From: a virus
Length of the DNA stretch: 45,075 bases
IMG/VR virus record: IMGVR_UViG_3300045988_034500
Strand: one strand, 5' to 3'
Shown here: positions 16,721-26,315 of the stretch, in pieces
Layout of the letters: every line of letters begins with the position of its first letter
How positions within the stretch are numbered: the first letter of the stretch is position 1
The notes under the pieces: generated by a model
What the model saw: the letters and a program-made list of their open reading frames with translations, nothing else
Database searches by the model: none
Told to the model about the DNA's origin: nothing
Translations under genes and position numbers: made by a program

Positions 16721-17616
16721 TGAAACTCAGGGATATACAGATCCCTGATACCGATCAATTCAAGCCTAGCATGGACCGTGTCCTCATCATGGATGGGGAT
16801 GCGGCATGCTATGAGGCTGCTTCTAAGTACGTAAAGTTGGATACAGCTATTCGATGCGTACACATGAAGATTCTTGAAGCTATGTTTCTTACGAACTGCA
16901 AGAAGGCTAGAGTCCATATCACGCCTGCAGGTTGTTTGAAAGCAGGCAGAATGAACTTGATTGGTGTAAAGCCTTATCAGGGTAATCGTAAGGACAAGAA
17001 GAAGCCTGAGTTGTTGGAAGCTCTCAGGCAGAATATCTCGGCATTGCTCAATGACAAGAACATTGAGGTATTTGCTCATTATGATATTGAGGCTGATGAT
17101 GCAGTGGTTATCGACAGTTATTACTACCGCAACAAAGGACTTGTGTACAGTCCTGACAAAGATCTTAGAATGGTTGTGTATCCTCTGTATGATTTGGATA
17201 CTGGCAGGGTTTGTACTATTGCTGACCCTTTTGGTGATATTAGCATCACCAGTACTGAGTCTGGTCTTCCTCATCCAAGGGGGCAAGGACTGAAGTTCTT
17301 CTGGTGGCAGATGCTCATGGGAGATACTGCCGATAACATTCGAGGCTTGGATAAGTACCAAGGCAAGAACATCGGTATGAAGAAAGCCTATGAACTACTA
17401 AAGCCTATCAAAGACGAAGTCACTGCGGCTATTGTAGTGCTTAGTGCATACAAGGAAATCAATCAGAATCCTTTTCCTGAAGCGAACATGCTATGGCTTC
17501 TACGTAATGAAGCAGACAGCTTTCAGAAGCATCTTGCGGAGCTTACTCCGAGTATGCCCCATGAGCTTGTTCAATGGCTTAGAGATTGCTACAAAAGGAA
17601 GTGGAGGAAGGATTGA
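16720..17616 (+). CDS. 5'-3' exonuclease (T7 gp6-like FEN family)
   Basis: VLIMDGDAACY versus T7 ILVMDGDWLVF; YQGNRK versus YKANRK; EADDAVVIDS versus EGDDVMGVIAS; SPDKDL versus SCDKDF. Confidence 0.8.
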   Translation: MKLRDIQIPDTDQFKPSMDRVLIMDGDAACYEAASKYVKLDTAIRCVHMKILEAMFLTNCKKARVHITPAGCLKAGRMNLIGVKPYQGNRKDKKKPELLEALRQNISALLNDKNIEVFAHYDIEADDAVVIDSYYYRNKGLVYSPDKDLRMVVYPLYDLDTGRVCTIADPFGDISITSTESGLPHPRGQGLKFFWWQMLMGDTADNIRGLDKYQGKNIGMKKAYELLKPIKDEVTAAIVVLSAYKEINQNPFPEANMLWLLRNEADSFQKHLAELTPSMPHELVQWLRDCYKRKWRKD

Positions 17617-18047
17617 GAAAGATTAGCAGGTCCCAGCTCAGAGCGTGGGCTATCGGACACATCAAGACTAAGCAGGGAGGACTGTGTCCTCTCTGTGGCA
17701 AGCCCATCTCTCTTCAGGTGATGGGTAATAAATCCGACTACGTGGTTGACCATGACCACGAAACGGGAGAAATTAGGGGCGTGCTGCATCGCTCATGCAA
17801 TGCAGCTGAAGGTAAGGTAAGCAATGCAGCCGCCCGTTGGGGTGCCAAAAGCACCAAGTACAGCGACATCATCCCATGGTTGCACAGAATGCTTGATTAC
17901 CTAGAGAACAATGAGGGTACTGGGATTATCTATCCAGACCATAAGACTCCTGAAGAACGTGAAGAATTCAGGAAACAACGCGCTAGAAAGGCGCAGGCAT
18001 TGCGCAAAGCAAGACAGGCTTTGCGTGCTAAGGAGAAACATGATTAA
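17586..18047 (+). CDS. endonuclease VII-like Holliday-junction resolvase
   Basis: GGLCPLCGKPI...VVDHDHETGEIRGVLHRSCNAAEGK matches T4 gp49 GKCLICQREL...HLDHDHELNGPKAGKVRGLLCNLCNAAEGQ. Possible internal TTG or GTG start at 17601 or 17613. Confidence 0.8.
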   Translation: MLQKEVEEGLRKISRSQLRAWAIGHIKTKQGGLCPLCGKPISLQVMGNKSDYVVDHDHETGEIRGVLHRSCNAAEGKVSNAAARWGAKSTKYSDIIPWLHRMLDYLENNEGTGIIYPDHKTPEEREEFRKQRARKAQALRKARQALRAKEKHD

Positions 18048-20088
18048 GGTAATTAAGAAAGACGGCACTGTCGAACCGTTCGATATGGAAAAAATCTTCA
18101 AGGCTATCGACAAGGCCAGCCAACGTGCTAACTGCAACATCCGTAGAGGCGACCATGAGCTTCTGGAGTCGTACATCACTTTTGAATGCGAGTCCAAGGG
18201 CAAGGACATTCCTACGTCTGAGATGCACAGCATCGTAATCAAGGCGCTGTATGCTTGTGACTACAAGGCTATTGGTGACGCATACAAGGAGTTCAGAGAT
18301 TACAAGAACACGTATGCCAAGGCCTTTGAAAAGGTGAAGGATGATGCGGACACTGTTCTTCTTCTCGGAGACAGGGAGAATGCTAACTTTGATTCTTCGC
18401 TTATCAGTACGAAGGGTTCGCTCATCAAGGGGTACCTCACGAAGGAACTGTACAAGCAGTTCTATCTGAACAAGGAAGAACTCCAAGCTACGAAGGAAGG
18501 CACGATCTATATCCATGATCTTCGAGACATGATTTTCAACAGCATCAACTGCTGTCTGTTCGACATGGGTAATGTCCTCAAGGGTGGATTCAGCATGTCC
18601 AATGTGGACTACACTGAACCTACTAGCGTGCTCAGTGCGCTTCAGGTTATCGGTGACATCACGCTCGTCGCTACTGCACAGCAGTTCGGTGGGTTCACCA
18701 TTCCGAGTATTGATAAGACGCTTCTCCCGTATGCCAGAAAGACTTACAATAACGCCTTCAAGAAATACTTCGATACTTGTAATCTGGAGTATGACGAAGC
18801 AGACTCCATGGCTCTTGGTGACCTCAAGCGCGAACTTGAACAGGGCTTCCAGTCTCTTGAACTGAAGCTCAACACTGTGCCGTGTTCCAGAGGTGACTTC
18901 GCCTTTACCACTCTTACGTTCGGTGAATGGAGCAATGACCTCCCTGATCTCGACAAGGAAATCCTCCAGATGGTGTGTGAAACCATCCTTGAGATTCGCA
19001 TGAAGGGGCATGGTCCGAAGGGTAAGCAGGTTGTGTTTCCCAAGCTCGTGTATCTCTATGACTGGGAACAGCACAGTGGTGCTGAACATGCTGAGGTGTT
19101 CGACAAGGCTGTTGAATGCTCTAGCAAGTGCATGTACCCTGACTACCTTGCAATCAACTCTGACTATGGCTCGGTATCTGAAACCTACCGAGCATCGAAC
19201 AAGCAGTGCGTGATTCATCCGATGGGTTGCAGGGCGTACCTCACGCCTTGGTACGACATTGAAACCAATGAATACGTGTCTGTTGGCCGATGCAACATCG
19301 GCGCTGTGTCTCTGAATCTTCCTCTTATCTACAAGAAGGATCCTGAGAAGTTCTATGAGAACCTCACTGAGAACCTTGAACTTATTCGTAAGTTCTTCCA
19401 GAAGAGATATGAAGCAGTTGCTGAAACGAAGGCATGCACGAACCCCATGGCATTCTGTCAGGGTGGATTCTACAAGGGGAATCTCAATCCTGATGATAAG
19501 ATCGGTGATCTTACGCAGTACATGACTGCTAGTTTTGGTGTTACCGCCCTCTCAGAATTTGTTGAACTTCATGGTCTGAAGCTGAACTCTGCTCTTGGTA
19601 GAGACCTTGCCATCAAGGTTGTTGACTTCATCAATAAGAAGATCAATGAGTTCAAGAAGGAGGATGGGCACCTGTATGCTCTTTACGGTACTCCTGCAGA
19701 GTCCCTGTGTGGTACTCAGATGCAGCAGTATCATGACTATTGCAAAGCACACGGAGTTAAAGATGAATTCGAAGGAAGAAACTACTTCACGAACTCGTTC
19801 CACATCCATGTCGCAGAAGACATCTCGCCCGTCGAGAAACAGACGTGGGAATTCCCTCTGTTCCATAAGGTTCAGGGTGGGCACATCCAGTACATCAGAA
19901 TTGATAACCCTGAGAATCTGAAGGCCGTTAAGGCTCTGATTATCAGGGGCATGTACAACGGTTTCTATCAAGGTGTGAACTTTGATGCTGCAGTTTGTGA
20001 AGACTGTGGCGAGCACTCCACTAATGTAGGCAAGCACTGCCCGCATTGTGGTTCCAACAACATCTCTGTCATCAGTCGTGTCTGTGGG
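18040..20088 (+). CDS. nrdD: anaerobic ribonucleotide reductase NrdD, exon 1 (ATP cone, core, Zn ribbon, RVCG of the glycyl-radical motif); exact 3' end uncertain by about 3 nt
   Basis: ATG at 18040 with an AAGGAG RBS and an ATP-cone start MIKVIKKDGTVEPFDMEKIF. Zn ribbon CEDCGEHSTNVGKHCPHCGS, then SRVCG, then an in-frame stop, so the conserved Tyr and C-terminal tail are missing from this exon. Confidence 0.8.
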
Positions 20089-20719
20089 TTAACTTAATGG
20101 CTCACGTTAAATTCTCCCTAAACGGGGAACATCCAGAACGGACAATCCCGTGCTAACCCGTGTGACTACGGAAATGTGTAACGACTATATAGGAGAACTA
20201 TGTTAAAAGAAATTCCAGACTATCCAAGCTACTACGCCGATGAACTCGGCAACATCTATGGTACTAAGAACCAAAAGAAAATGTATAGGCTAACGCCCTA
20301 CAGTAAGTTAGGATACTTGCGTGTCAGAATGCGACTGAATGGTCGCTGTGTAGACAAGTCTGTTGCTTACTTAGTCGCTAGAGCGTTCGTAAGTGGATAC
20401 AAGGAAGATCTAGAAGTCAACCATATAAACAAGATCAGAGACGACAATCGTCCTGAAAACCTTGAATGGATGACTCACAAGGAGAACGCAAGATACTCCT
20501 TGTGCAGGAAACTCAAAGTAACTACAAAGGCAGGTACAGTGCTGTACTATGACTCTTGTGGTAACTTCTCTAGAGATACAGGTATTGCTACCAATAATCT
20601 CGCTAGATGGTATATGCAAAAGAATAATGGCTATATCAAGAAGTTTGAGTTGACTGTCGAATACATAGAAGAGATAGTCTGAACTGCATAGGAATATGCA
20701 GATTAACAAAATTGATCTT
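20089..20719 (+). mobile_element. group I intron in nrdD carrying an HNH homing endonuclease ORF (boundaries approximate)
   Basis: The 5' segment TAACTTAATGGCT...ACGGGGAAC...GACAATCCCGTGCTAA...GTGTAACGACTATATAGGAG parallels the terL intron (TAGTCTAAGGCT...ACGGGGGAAC...GACAATCCCGTGCCAA...GTGTAACGACTATCCTATATGGAG). The 3' segment GAAGAGATAGTCTGA...TGATCTTG parallels terL intron 2583-2602. The intron interrupts the RVCG|Y glycyl-radical motif. Confidence 0.65.
20200..20682 (+). CDS. HNH homing endonuclease (intron-encoded)
   Basis: TAGGAG RBS. HNH motif EVNHINKIRDDNRPENLEWMTHKEN. Located inside the nrdD intron. Confidence 0.75.
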   Translation: MLKEIPDYPSYYADELGNIYGTKNQKKMYRLTPYSKLGYLRVRMRLNGRCVDKSVAYLVARAFVSGYKEDLEVNHINKIRDDNRPENLEWMTHKENARYSLCRKLKVTTKAGTVLYYDSCGNFSRDTGIATNNLARWYMQKNNGYIKKFELTVEYIEEIV

Positions 20720-20797
20720 GGTTACTCTAATGTCAATGGACATTCCAGAATGAATGATGCCAAGATGGCAGAGATCAAAGATAGGAAATCAATGTGA
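20720..20797 (+). CDS. nrdD: NrdD exon 2 (GYSNVNGHSRMNDAKMAEIKDRKSM, the tail after the glycyl radical)
   Basis: A short frame beginning GGT TAC directly after ...GATCTTG. It restores the expected G-Y after RVC(G), and its tail length (about 25 aa after the Gly) is typical of NrdD. The exact junction cannot satisfy both the U(-1) rule and the omega-G rule simultaneously. Confidence 0.55.
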   Translation, partial: GYSNVNGHSRMNDAKMAEIKDRKSM

Positions 20798-20947
20798 CAT
20801 TTGAAGTGCTTACGCTTGTTATGAACGCTTGTCTTTGCGTTATGATGGTGTGCGCAACGGTAACCGCCGTGTTTTTGCTGTACGCAGGTATCCGCAATAT
20901 GCTTAAAGAGTTCAAGCATAATGAACAACCAATTGGAGATCATTTCT

Positions 20948-21181
20948 ATGATCCCTAATGAAGACAAGACTAAACTTAAAGAAGACATTTTTGAGAAGCT
21001 CGAAGAGCTTCGAAAAATGATCTACGAATACGTAAATGAGTATGGTTGGCATGACATGAATGACGATGTATACGTACGTCTCGGGGACGTTCGAGACATC
21101 CTCAAACTCAATCTCTTGTACTCTAACTGCTGTTGGTTAGAGGGAAGAAAGAAGAAATCGCCAAAGACTATCTTTAACTAA
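20948..21181 (+). CDS. hypothetical protein (77 aa)
   Basis: ATG at 20948 with a GGAG RBS. The track ORF 20921..21181 starts further upstream. Confidence 0.4.
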   Translation: MIPNEDKTKLKEDIFEKLEELRKMIYEYVNEYGWHDMNDDVYVRLGDVRDILKLNLLYSNCCWLEGRKKKSPKTIFN

Positions 21182-21199
21182 CTAAGGAAAGACCCTACA

Positions 21200-21526
21200 A
21201 TGACTACTCCTAAGAAGTACACTAGCGTTACCCGTATTGGTGTTACCGCTGAATTCGAAGCCTATCCCACCTGTAAGGGACACGTGGACTTTGCAACCTT
21301 CCATTTCCCGAGCATCCGATCCTTCGTTGCTTGGGTGAATGACCATAACAGCAACATTGCTTACGTTGTGGTTAAGGATCCTAAGAAGACTTCGGCTGAT
21401 CTTTACACGGAATGTTGGTCCCGAACGTTCATCTCGCCTCATATCAAGCGAGGTTGCACGTGCCATGTGACCGTCAGGCTTGACTGTGGAGCTGTTGGAC
21501 AGCTTACGCTCTATAAGAGCGAATAA
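21200..21526 (+). CDS. hypothetical protein
   Basis: 108-aa ORF with an AAGGAAAG RBS. Confidence 0.5.
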   Translation: MTTPKKYTSVTRIGVTAEFEAYPTCKGHVDFATFHFPSIRSFVAWVNDHNSNIAYVVVKDPKKTSADLYTECWSRTFISPHIKRGCTCHVTVRLDCGAVGQLTLYKSE

Positions 21527-22029
21527 TGAATTACTCTGGACTCAACCTATGCGATACCGCTAACGGACCAGGGGTCCGCGTATCTCTGTTCGTTAGCGGG
21601 TGCTCCTTGCATTGCAAGGGGTGTTTCAACCAAGAGGCATGGGATAAGAACTACGGAATGCCTTTCGATTCCTACGCCCTCACAAAGGTTCTAGAAGCCT
21701 TAAAGGAGCCCTGTATTGAGGGCTTAAGCATCCTTGGGGGTGACCCCATGGAGGAGTACAATCGACGCGATGTGGGGCTTGTATGCGCCTCTGTGAAGGC
21801 CCTGTATCCAGACAAGAGTATTTGGCTTTGGACAGGTCGTAAGTTCGACGAGATCAAATACTACGGTCATATCTTGGATTACGTAGATGTGCTCATCTGT
21901 AATCCGTTTATCGAACATCTTAAATGTAAAGGAAAATACTATGGAAGTTCAAACCAACGAGCTTATCGGAAATCTCCAGACGGAACTTGGAATTTGGTTC
22001 AAGAGGACTCATCAGAATGTCCCTGTTAA
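21526..22029 (+). CDS. nrdG: anaerobic ribonucleotide reductase activating protein NrdG (radical SAM)
   Basis: N-terminal CSLHCKGC (CxxxCxxC) cluster. Size of about 167 aa. Adjacent to nrdD. Confidence 0.75.
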   Translation: MNYSGLNLCDTANGPGVRVSLFVSGCSLHCKGCFNQEAWDKNYGMPFDSYALTKVLEALKEPCIEGLSILGGDPMEEYNRRDVGLVCASVKALYPDKSIWLWTGRKFDEIKYYGHILDYVDVLICNPFIEHLKCKGKYYGSSNQRAYRKSPDGTWNLVQEDSSECPC

Positions 22030-22345
22030 GGGACACCTGAAGCAACTGTATCTCACGTGCATCATTGAGGAGTTCAATGAACTCGTTCAAGAGAAGTGCG
22101 GTACCCCTAACGACATGAAGGAGCTGTGTGATCTTATCTGGGTGTGCGTGCAGTATGCCAATGCTTGTGGCTATGACCTTGAAGCAGGCATGAATGAACT
22201 GCTTAAGGAGTATTCCAGTAAGTTCTATGATGCGCATGGTAACTACAATCCTACCTTCCGATCGGATGGTAAGCTCCTGAAGGGAGCAGGTTTCAAGAAG
22301 GCAGATTTCAACAAGTTCTTCGAGGATAGACATGAAGATCAGTGA
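21941..22345 (+). CDS. MazG-like nucleoside triphosphate pyrophosphohydrolase (putative)
   Basis: All-alpha pattern with acidic EExxE clusters (IIEEFNELVQE, DLEAGMNELLKE). AAAGGAAAA RBS before the ATG at 21941. Confidence 0.4.
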   Translation: MEVQTNELIGNLQTELGIWFKRTHQNVPVKGHLKQLYLTCIIEEFNELVQEKCGTPNDMKELCDLIWVCVQYANACGYDLEAGMNELLKEYSSKFYDAHGNYNPTFRSDGKLLKGAGFKKADFNKFFEDRHEDQ

Positions 22346-22988
22346 CATTTCTGTTGAGTACATGGATCACATGGGCAGTGATTGCACTGTTGTGAATGCC
22401 GCACGTGTCTCCTTTAACAAGGAGATCAAGGCTATGAGCCTCAGTGATGTGAAACTCCTGCAGTATCTTGCCAAGCACAGGCACTGGTCTCCGTTTGCTC
22501 ATACGAGCATTCAGTTCAGATGCAAGGCGCCTATCTTCCTTGCTCGACAGCTTGTGAAGCATCAGGTTGGTGGTGTGTGGAATGAAGTGTCTCGTCGATA
22601 CGTAGACTCGGCGCCTGAGTTCTACATCCCGAAGGTTGTGCATAATTATCCTCAGAATGCTAAACAGGGTTGCGGTGAAGAACACATGTACTCTGAATTC
22701 TACGTAGGAAATATTATTGAATTGACGGCAATGTCAGAGTCCGAGTACAACAAACTCATTGCAGAAGGTATTGCTCCTGAAGAAGCACGCATGATTCTTC
22801 CTCTGAACACCATGACCGAGTGGATTTGGACTGGGTCTCTGATGTTCTGGTACCGAGTGTGGAGTCTTAGGCATGATCCTCATGCACAGTCTGCTGCACG
22901 AGAATTCGCTGATCTTCTGTACAAGGCTATCCCTGACGACTTCAAGGAAAGCATGCGGAGTTTGGTTGATTATTATGGAGATGTGTAA
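22332..22988 (+). CDS. thyX: flavin-dependent thymidylate synthase ThyX-like
   Basis: FAHTSIQFRCKAPIFLARQLVKHQVGGVWNEVSRRY matches the ThyX core (..ReL.RHR-x7/8-S.RY), but with KHQ in place of RHR. Confidence 0.6.
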   Translation: MKISDISVEYMDHMGSDCTVVNAARVSFNKEIKAMSLSDVKLLQYLAKHRHWSPFAHTSIQFRCKAPIFLARQLVKHQVGGVWNEVSRRYVDSAPEFYIPKVVHNYPQNAKQGCGEEHMYSEFYVGNIIELTAMSESEYNKLIAEGIAPEEARMILPLNTMTEWIWTGSLMFWYRVWSLRHDPHAQSAAREFADLLYKAIPDDFKESMRSLVDYYGDV

Positions 22989-23275
22989 TGCGTAAGAAGA
23001 TTCATAAGTTCCCTAGTAAATTGCTTAACCAATTGCACTACAAAGATCAGGTTATTACTGATGAGTATTACCTTCAGTACATTATGAATGAAAGGGTGGA
23101 TGATGAAGCCTCTGGAGAGCACCACTGGTACTACCTGTTCAAAGATGTACAAGAAGACAAGTTCTACCTTGCAACGTATTTTGAACACAATGATATCTCT
23201 GGGTTCTTCCCCATTGATGAGAAGGGCATGGTTGAATGTCGTAATGTAAGTATTATTGGTATCTTAAAGGGTTGA
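22988..23275 (+). CDS. hypothetical protein
   Basis: 95-aa ORF with ATG/stop overlaps on both sides. Confidence 0.45.
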   Translation: MRKKIHKFPSKLLNQLHYKDQVITDEYYLQYIMNERVDDEASGEHHWYYLFKDVQEDKFYLATYFEHNDISGFFPIDEKGMVECRNVSIIGILKG

Positions 23276-23277
23276 TT

Positions 23278-23727
23278 ATGCTTTATAAAGATGTGCCTTA
23301 TGAAGGCGAAGAAGATTATTACGGTGATGAGCCGTATGACGAGGTGTACGATGAGGTATACGGTAATGACCCGTATGTTACCTCTGATGAACTCAAGAAG
23401 AGCCTGAATGCGTATTCCAAGACTGCAAAGTCTTTCGATCTTCTGGACATTGCTCCTGCGATCCCGTTTGTCCTTGGTAACATCATCAAGTACACGCTTA
23501 GGGCACCGCACAAGGGTCAGAAGGAGTCTGATATGGCTAAGGCTAAGGACTACTACTTTACCATGGTTGACAACTACGAGGTTTACGTGGCGTGTCAGGT
23601 GTGGTATAATGAACATCCTGATGCCATGCGCCTCATCCGAAAGCTCTATGGTGACGAACTGTTTGCTGACATTGATTCTGCAGACTGTACCCTGAGTGTT
23701 TTCTGTGACCATGTGCTAGCGCTTTAA
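23278..23727 (+). CDS. hypothetical protein with an acidic Tyr-rich N-terminus
   Basis: ATG at 23278 with an AAAGGG RBS. The track begins at TTG 23272. Confidence 0.45.
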   Translation: MLYKDVPYEGEEDYYGDEPYDEVYDEVYGNDPYVTSDELKKSLNAYSKTAKSFDLLDIAPAIPFVLGNIIKYTLRAPHKGQKESDMAKAKDYYFTMVDNYEVYVACQVWYNEHPDAMRLIRKLYGDELFADIDSADCTLSVFCDHVLAL

Positions 23728-23749
23728 TCTTAAAACATAAGGAGAACTG

Positions 23750-26176
23750 ATGACGGAATGTCCTGATTATACCGATGAAGAACTTGAGAAAGAAGCTCAA
23801 TACGAACGTAGATTCTACCAAGAAGGCTTGGCTAGAGCGTACCAACAGATGAAGGAGGCCGTCGATAACGGTAGGCTTCCTGATGTAGGGGTTGGTAAGA
23901 AGATCATCAATAGGTCTTTTGCTACGTTGGTTGAGGATCTTACGGAAGCAGCTAAGCCCTGTCGAGGTGTGGGTGCAAAGTACAGCGCCCATATCCGTAA
24001 GCTAGGGATTGAAGCATCCATGATGATTGGTTTGAGAATCATCCTTTCCAACGGCAGTTCTCCTGAACCGCGACACAGAACTGTTCAGTGCATCTTGGGA
24101 CGTATTGGTATGGCTATTGAGACGGAATTGCTCGCTCGTAAATTCGAGGAGATCAATCCGTACTACAATGCTCGTATCGCTTCTCAGGTTAAGGAACAGT
24201 GCGTACATGACGTGCGTACCATCAGAGCCAAGTACCTCACTGGCTATAAGGATCTTAGTATTAACTATGAACCTTGGACTGAGCAAGAGAGGCTGGGTAC
24301 TGCAAAGGTAGTAATGCAAACTATCTGGAAGGCGGGTCTCTTCACAATCACAAACGGTAGTCGTCGTGCTCCTTCTCTGGTTGAACTCTCTGATGAAGTG
24401 AAGATGTTCATCCAGAACAACTACGACCACATCCATCCAGTGATCCAGTTCCCCGTGATGCTCATCAAGCCCCTTCCGTGGAGAGGGATGTACAATGGTG
24501 GGTACATTATCCCTGAGCTGAGGAATCACTGCCCGATGATGAAACTCCACGCTATGCCTAGAGACCTCCGTAAATGGGTAACAGAGCGCGTAGGAGGCGT
24601 CGAGGACGCTCAGGTAAGGGAAGGTATGACCAAGGCTCAGGAAGTCCCGTATCGCGTTAATACGCGCGTCCTAGAGGTTGCTAGGAAGGCGTTCGCCTCT
24701 CCCAAGGGATTGCTTGGGCTTCCTCCCCATGGTCCACAGCCTCAACCGCCCTTCCCCTTCCCTGAAGGGTGGAATAAGGACTCCGCTACAAAGGATGAGC
24801 TTGAGTTGTTCACGAAGTGGAAGCTCGAAATGAAGAGCTGGTACACGTATGAGAACACTCGACTGGGTAAGAAGAGCGGATTGAATGGTAGGCTCAGGTA
24901 CCTGAATGAACTCAAGGATGAGCCAAGGTGGTACTGTCCTGCGTTCATTGATTGGCGTGGTAGGGTGTACTTCAGAAGCACGATCAATCCCCAGAGTGCT
25001 GACGTAATCAAGGGGTGTATTGATTTTGCAGAGGGTAAGGAGTTAGGTGCAGAAGGATTGTACTGGCTGAAGGTTCACGTAGCCAACTGCTGTGGGTACG
25101 ACAAGAAGAACTTTGATCTCAGAGTTCAGTGGGTCGACGAACATTGGGAGGAAATTAAAGCATTCCTTCACGATCCATTGAATGTTGATCCTCCAGAGAA
25201 GGACACTGCCTTCACGCTCCTGCAAGCAGGATGGGACTTAGAGAGCGCTCTAGCGCTTCCTGACCCAACCAAGCATATCTCCCATACCCCAGTGGCTATG
25301 GACGCCACCTGCAGTGGCCTACAGCACTACAGCGCTATGCTGAGAGATGAGGTAGGCGGGTACTACACGAACCTCGTCAAGAGTGATTCTGATGAGAAGC
25401 ACGACATCTACAAGGCTGTTGCTGAGAAGGCTATGGAGTTCCTTCCTGAAGTTACCGATGATGCGTTCATCATCAAGTGGTGGAAGGACAAGGGGATTCC
25501 TAGGTCTATGGCTAAGCGTCCTGTGATGACATACGTGTACAGTGCTACGCTTAGAAGCTGTATTGATTACGTAACGGAGGAGCTAGTCGAGGAAGGTGTT
25601 GAGATTCCCAGTGGCTATAGCTACATCAGTCTTAGCACTCCTATTGGCAAGGCTCTTAGAAAAGCCGTTGAAGCTACTGTTCCCAAAGCCAAGGAAGGTA
25701 TGGATGCTCTTAAGGAGCTAGTTAAGTCCCAAGACGATGCAATTAGATGGATAACTCCAGTAGGTGTTCCTGTTGTTAACTACAAGGACAGCTACCATAT
25801 GAAGTTAGTGCGTCTTAGCTGTATGGGTTTAACGAATATCTCTTATGGCTTTAGTGGTTCAGAGTACAATCGTATGAAAGCTATCAACGGTATTAGTCCG
25901 AACTTCATTCACTCGATGGATAGTTCACATTTGATTAAGGTGGTTAATGCTTTTAACGGTCGTATCCTTTGTATCCATGACAGCTTTGGTACTCACGCTT
26001 GTGATGTACCTGTTCTTCGAACTGAACTGCTCAGACAATTTGTGGATCTGTACGCACATTACGATGCCAAGGACCATTTCGTATTGTCTGCAGAGAATCG
26101 AACAGAGGTACAACTCCCTCCTCATGGGACATTGTCTCTAGAGGAGGTACTGGAATCGGAGTTCGCATTCTGCTAA
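23750..26176 (+). CDS. T7-like single-subunit DNA-dependent RNA polymerase (808 aa)
   Basis: PVAMDATCSGLQHYSAMLRDEVGG (motif A), RSMAKRPVMTYVY (motif B), IHDSFGTHA (motif C), C-terminus ESEFAFC (T7 ESDFAFA). Confidence 0.9.
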   Translation: MTECPDYTDEELEKEAQYERRFYQEGLARAYQQMKEAVDNGRLPDVGVGKKIINRSFATLVEDLTEAAKPCRGVGAKYSAHIRKLGIEASMMIGLRIILSNGSSPEPRHRTVQCILGRIGMAIETELLARKFEEINPYYNARIASQVKEQCVHDVRTIRAKYLTGYKDLSINYEPWTEQERLGTAKVVMQTIWKAGLFTITNGSRRAPSLVELSDEVKMFIQNNYDHIHPVIQFPVMLIKPLPWRGMYNGGYIIPELRNHCPMMKLHAMPRDLRKWVTERVGGVEDAQVREGMTKAQEVPYRVNTRVLEVARKAFASPKGLLGLPPHGPQPQPPFPFPEGWNKDSATKDELELFTKWKLEMKSWYTYENTRLGKKSGLNGRLRYLNELKDEPRWYCPAFIDWRGRVYFRSTINPQSADVIKGCIDFAEGKELGAEGLYWLKVHVANCCGYDKKNFDLRVQWVDEHWEEIKAFLHDPLNVDPPEKDTAFTLLQAGWDLESALALPDPTKHISHTPVAMDATCSGLQHYSAMLRDEVGGYYTNLVKSDSDEKHDIYKAVAEKAMEFLPEVTDDAFIIKWWKDKGIPRSMAKRPVMTYVYSATLRSCIDYVTEELVEEGVEIPSGYSYISLSTPIGKALRKAVEATVPKAKEGMDALKELVKSQDDAIRWITPVGVPVVNYKDSYHMKLVRLSCMGLTNISYGFSGSEYNRMKAINGISPNFIHSMDSSHLIKVVNAFNGRILCIHDSFGTHACDVPVLRTELLRQFVDLYAHYDAKDHFVLSAENRTEVQLPPHGTLSLEEVLESEFAFC

Positions 26177-26191
26177 GTTCGCATTCTGCTA
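26160..26191. repeat. perfect 16-bp tandem duplication AGTTCGCATTCTGCTA x2 spanning the RNAP stop codon
   Basis: Read directly at 26160-26175 and 26176-26191. Confidence 0.8.
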
Positions 26192-26220
26192 GTATCCTAA
26201 TGTTACTATGTAGGGTCTAA

Positions 26221-26315
26221 TAAAGAACTTTTATAGTACGTATAGATGTAATATACTAATGTATATTGTATGTACTCTAGTATATACATATATTACGTAC
26301 TATATTAGTTCTTTA
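26221..26315. repeat. approximately 25-bp imperfect inverted repeat (TAAAGAACTTTTATAGTACGTATA / TATTACGTACTATATTAGTTCTTTA) with a 46-nt spacer in a very AT-rich region; two ACTCTAGTATA motifs (26270-26286, 26321-26338)
   Basis: The reverse complement of the left arm matches the right arm with 2-3 mismatches. Confidence 0.65.

Noticed and set aside
18028-19218. 396-aa minus-strand ORF inside nrdD, and similar large antisense ORFs 36150..37685 and 41912..43765
   Set aside because: Each is antisense to a strongly supported conserved gene (NrdD, internal virion protein, tail fiber), has no RBS, and is low complexity. The rest of the genome is plus-strand only.
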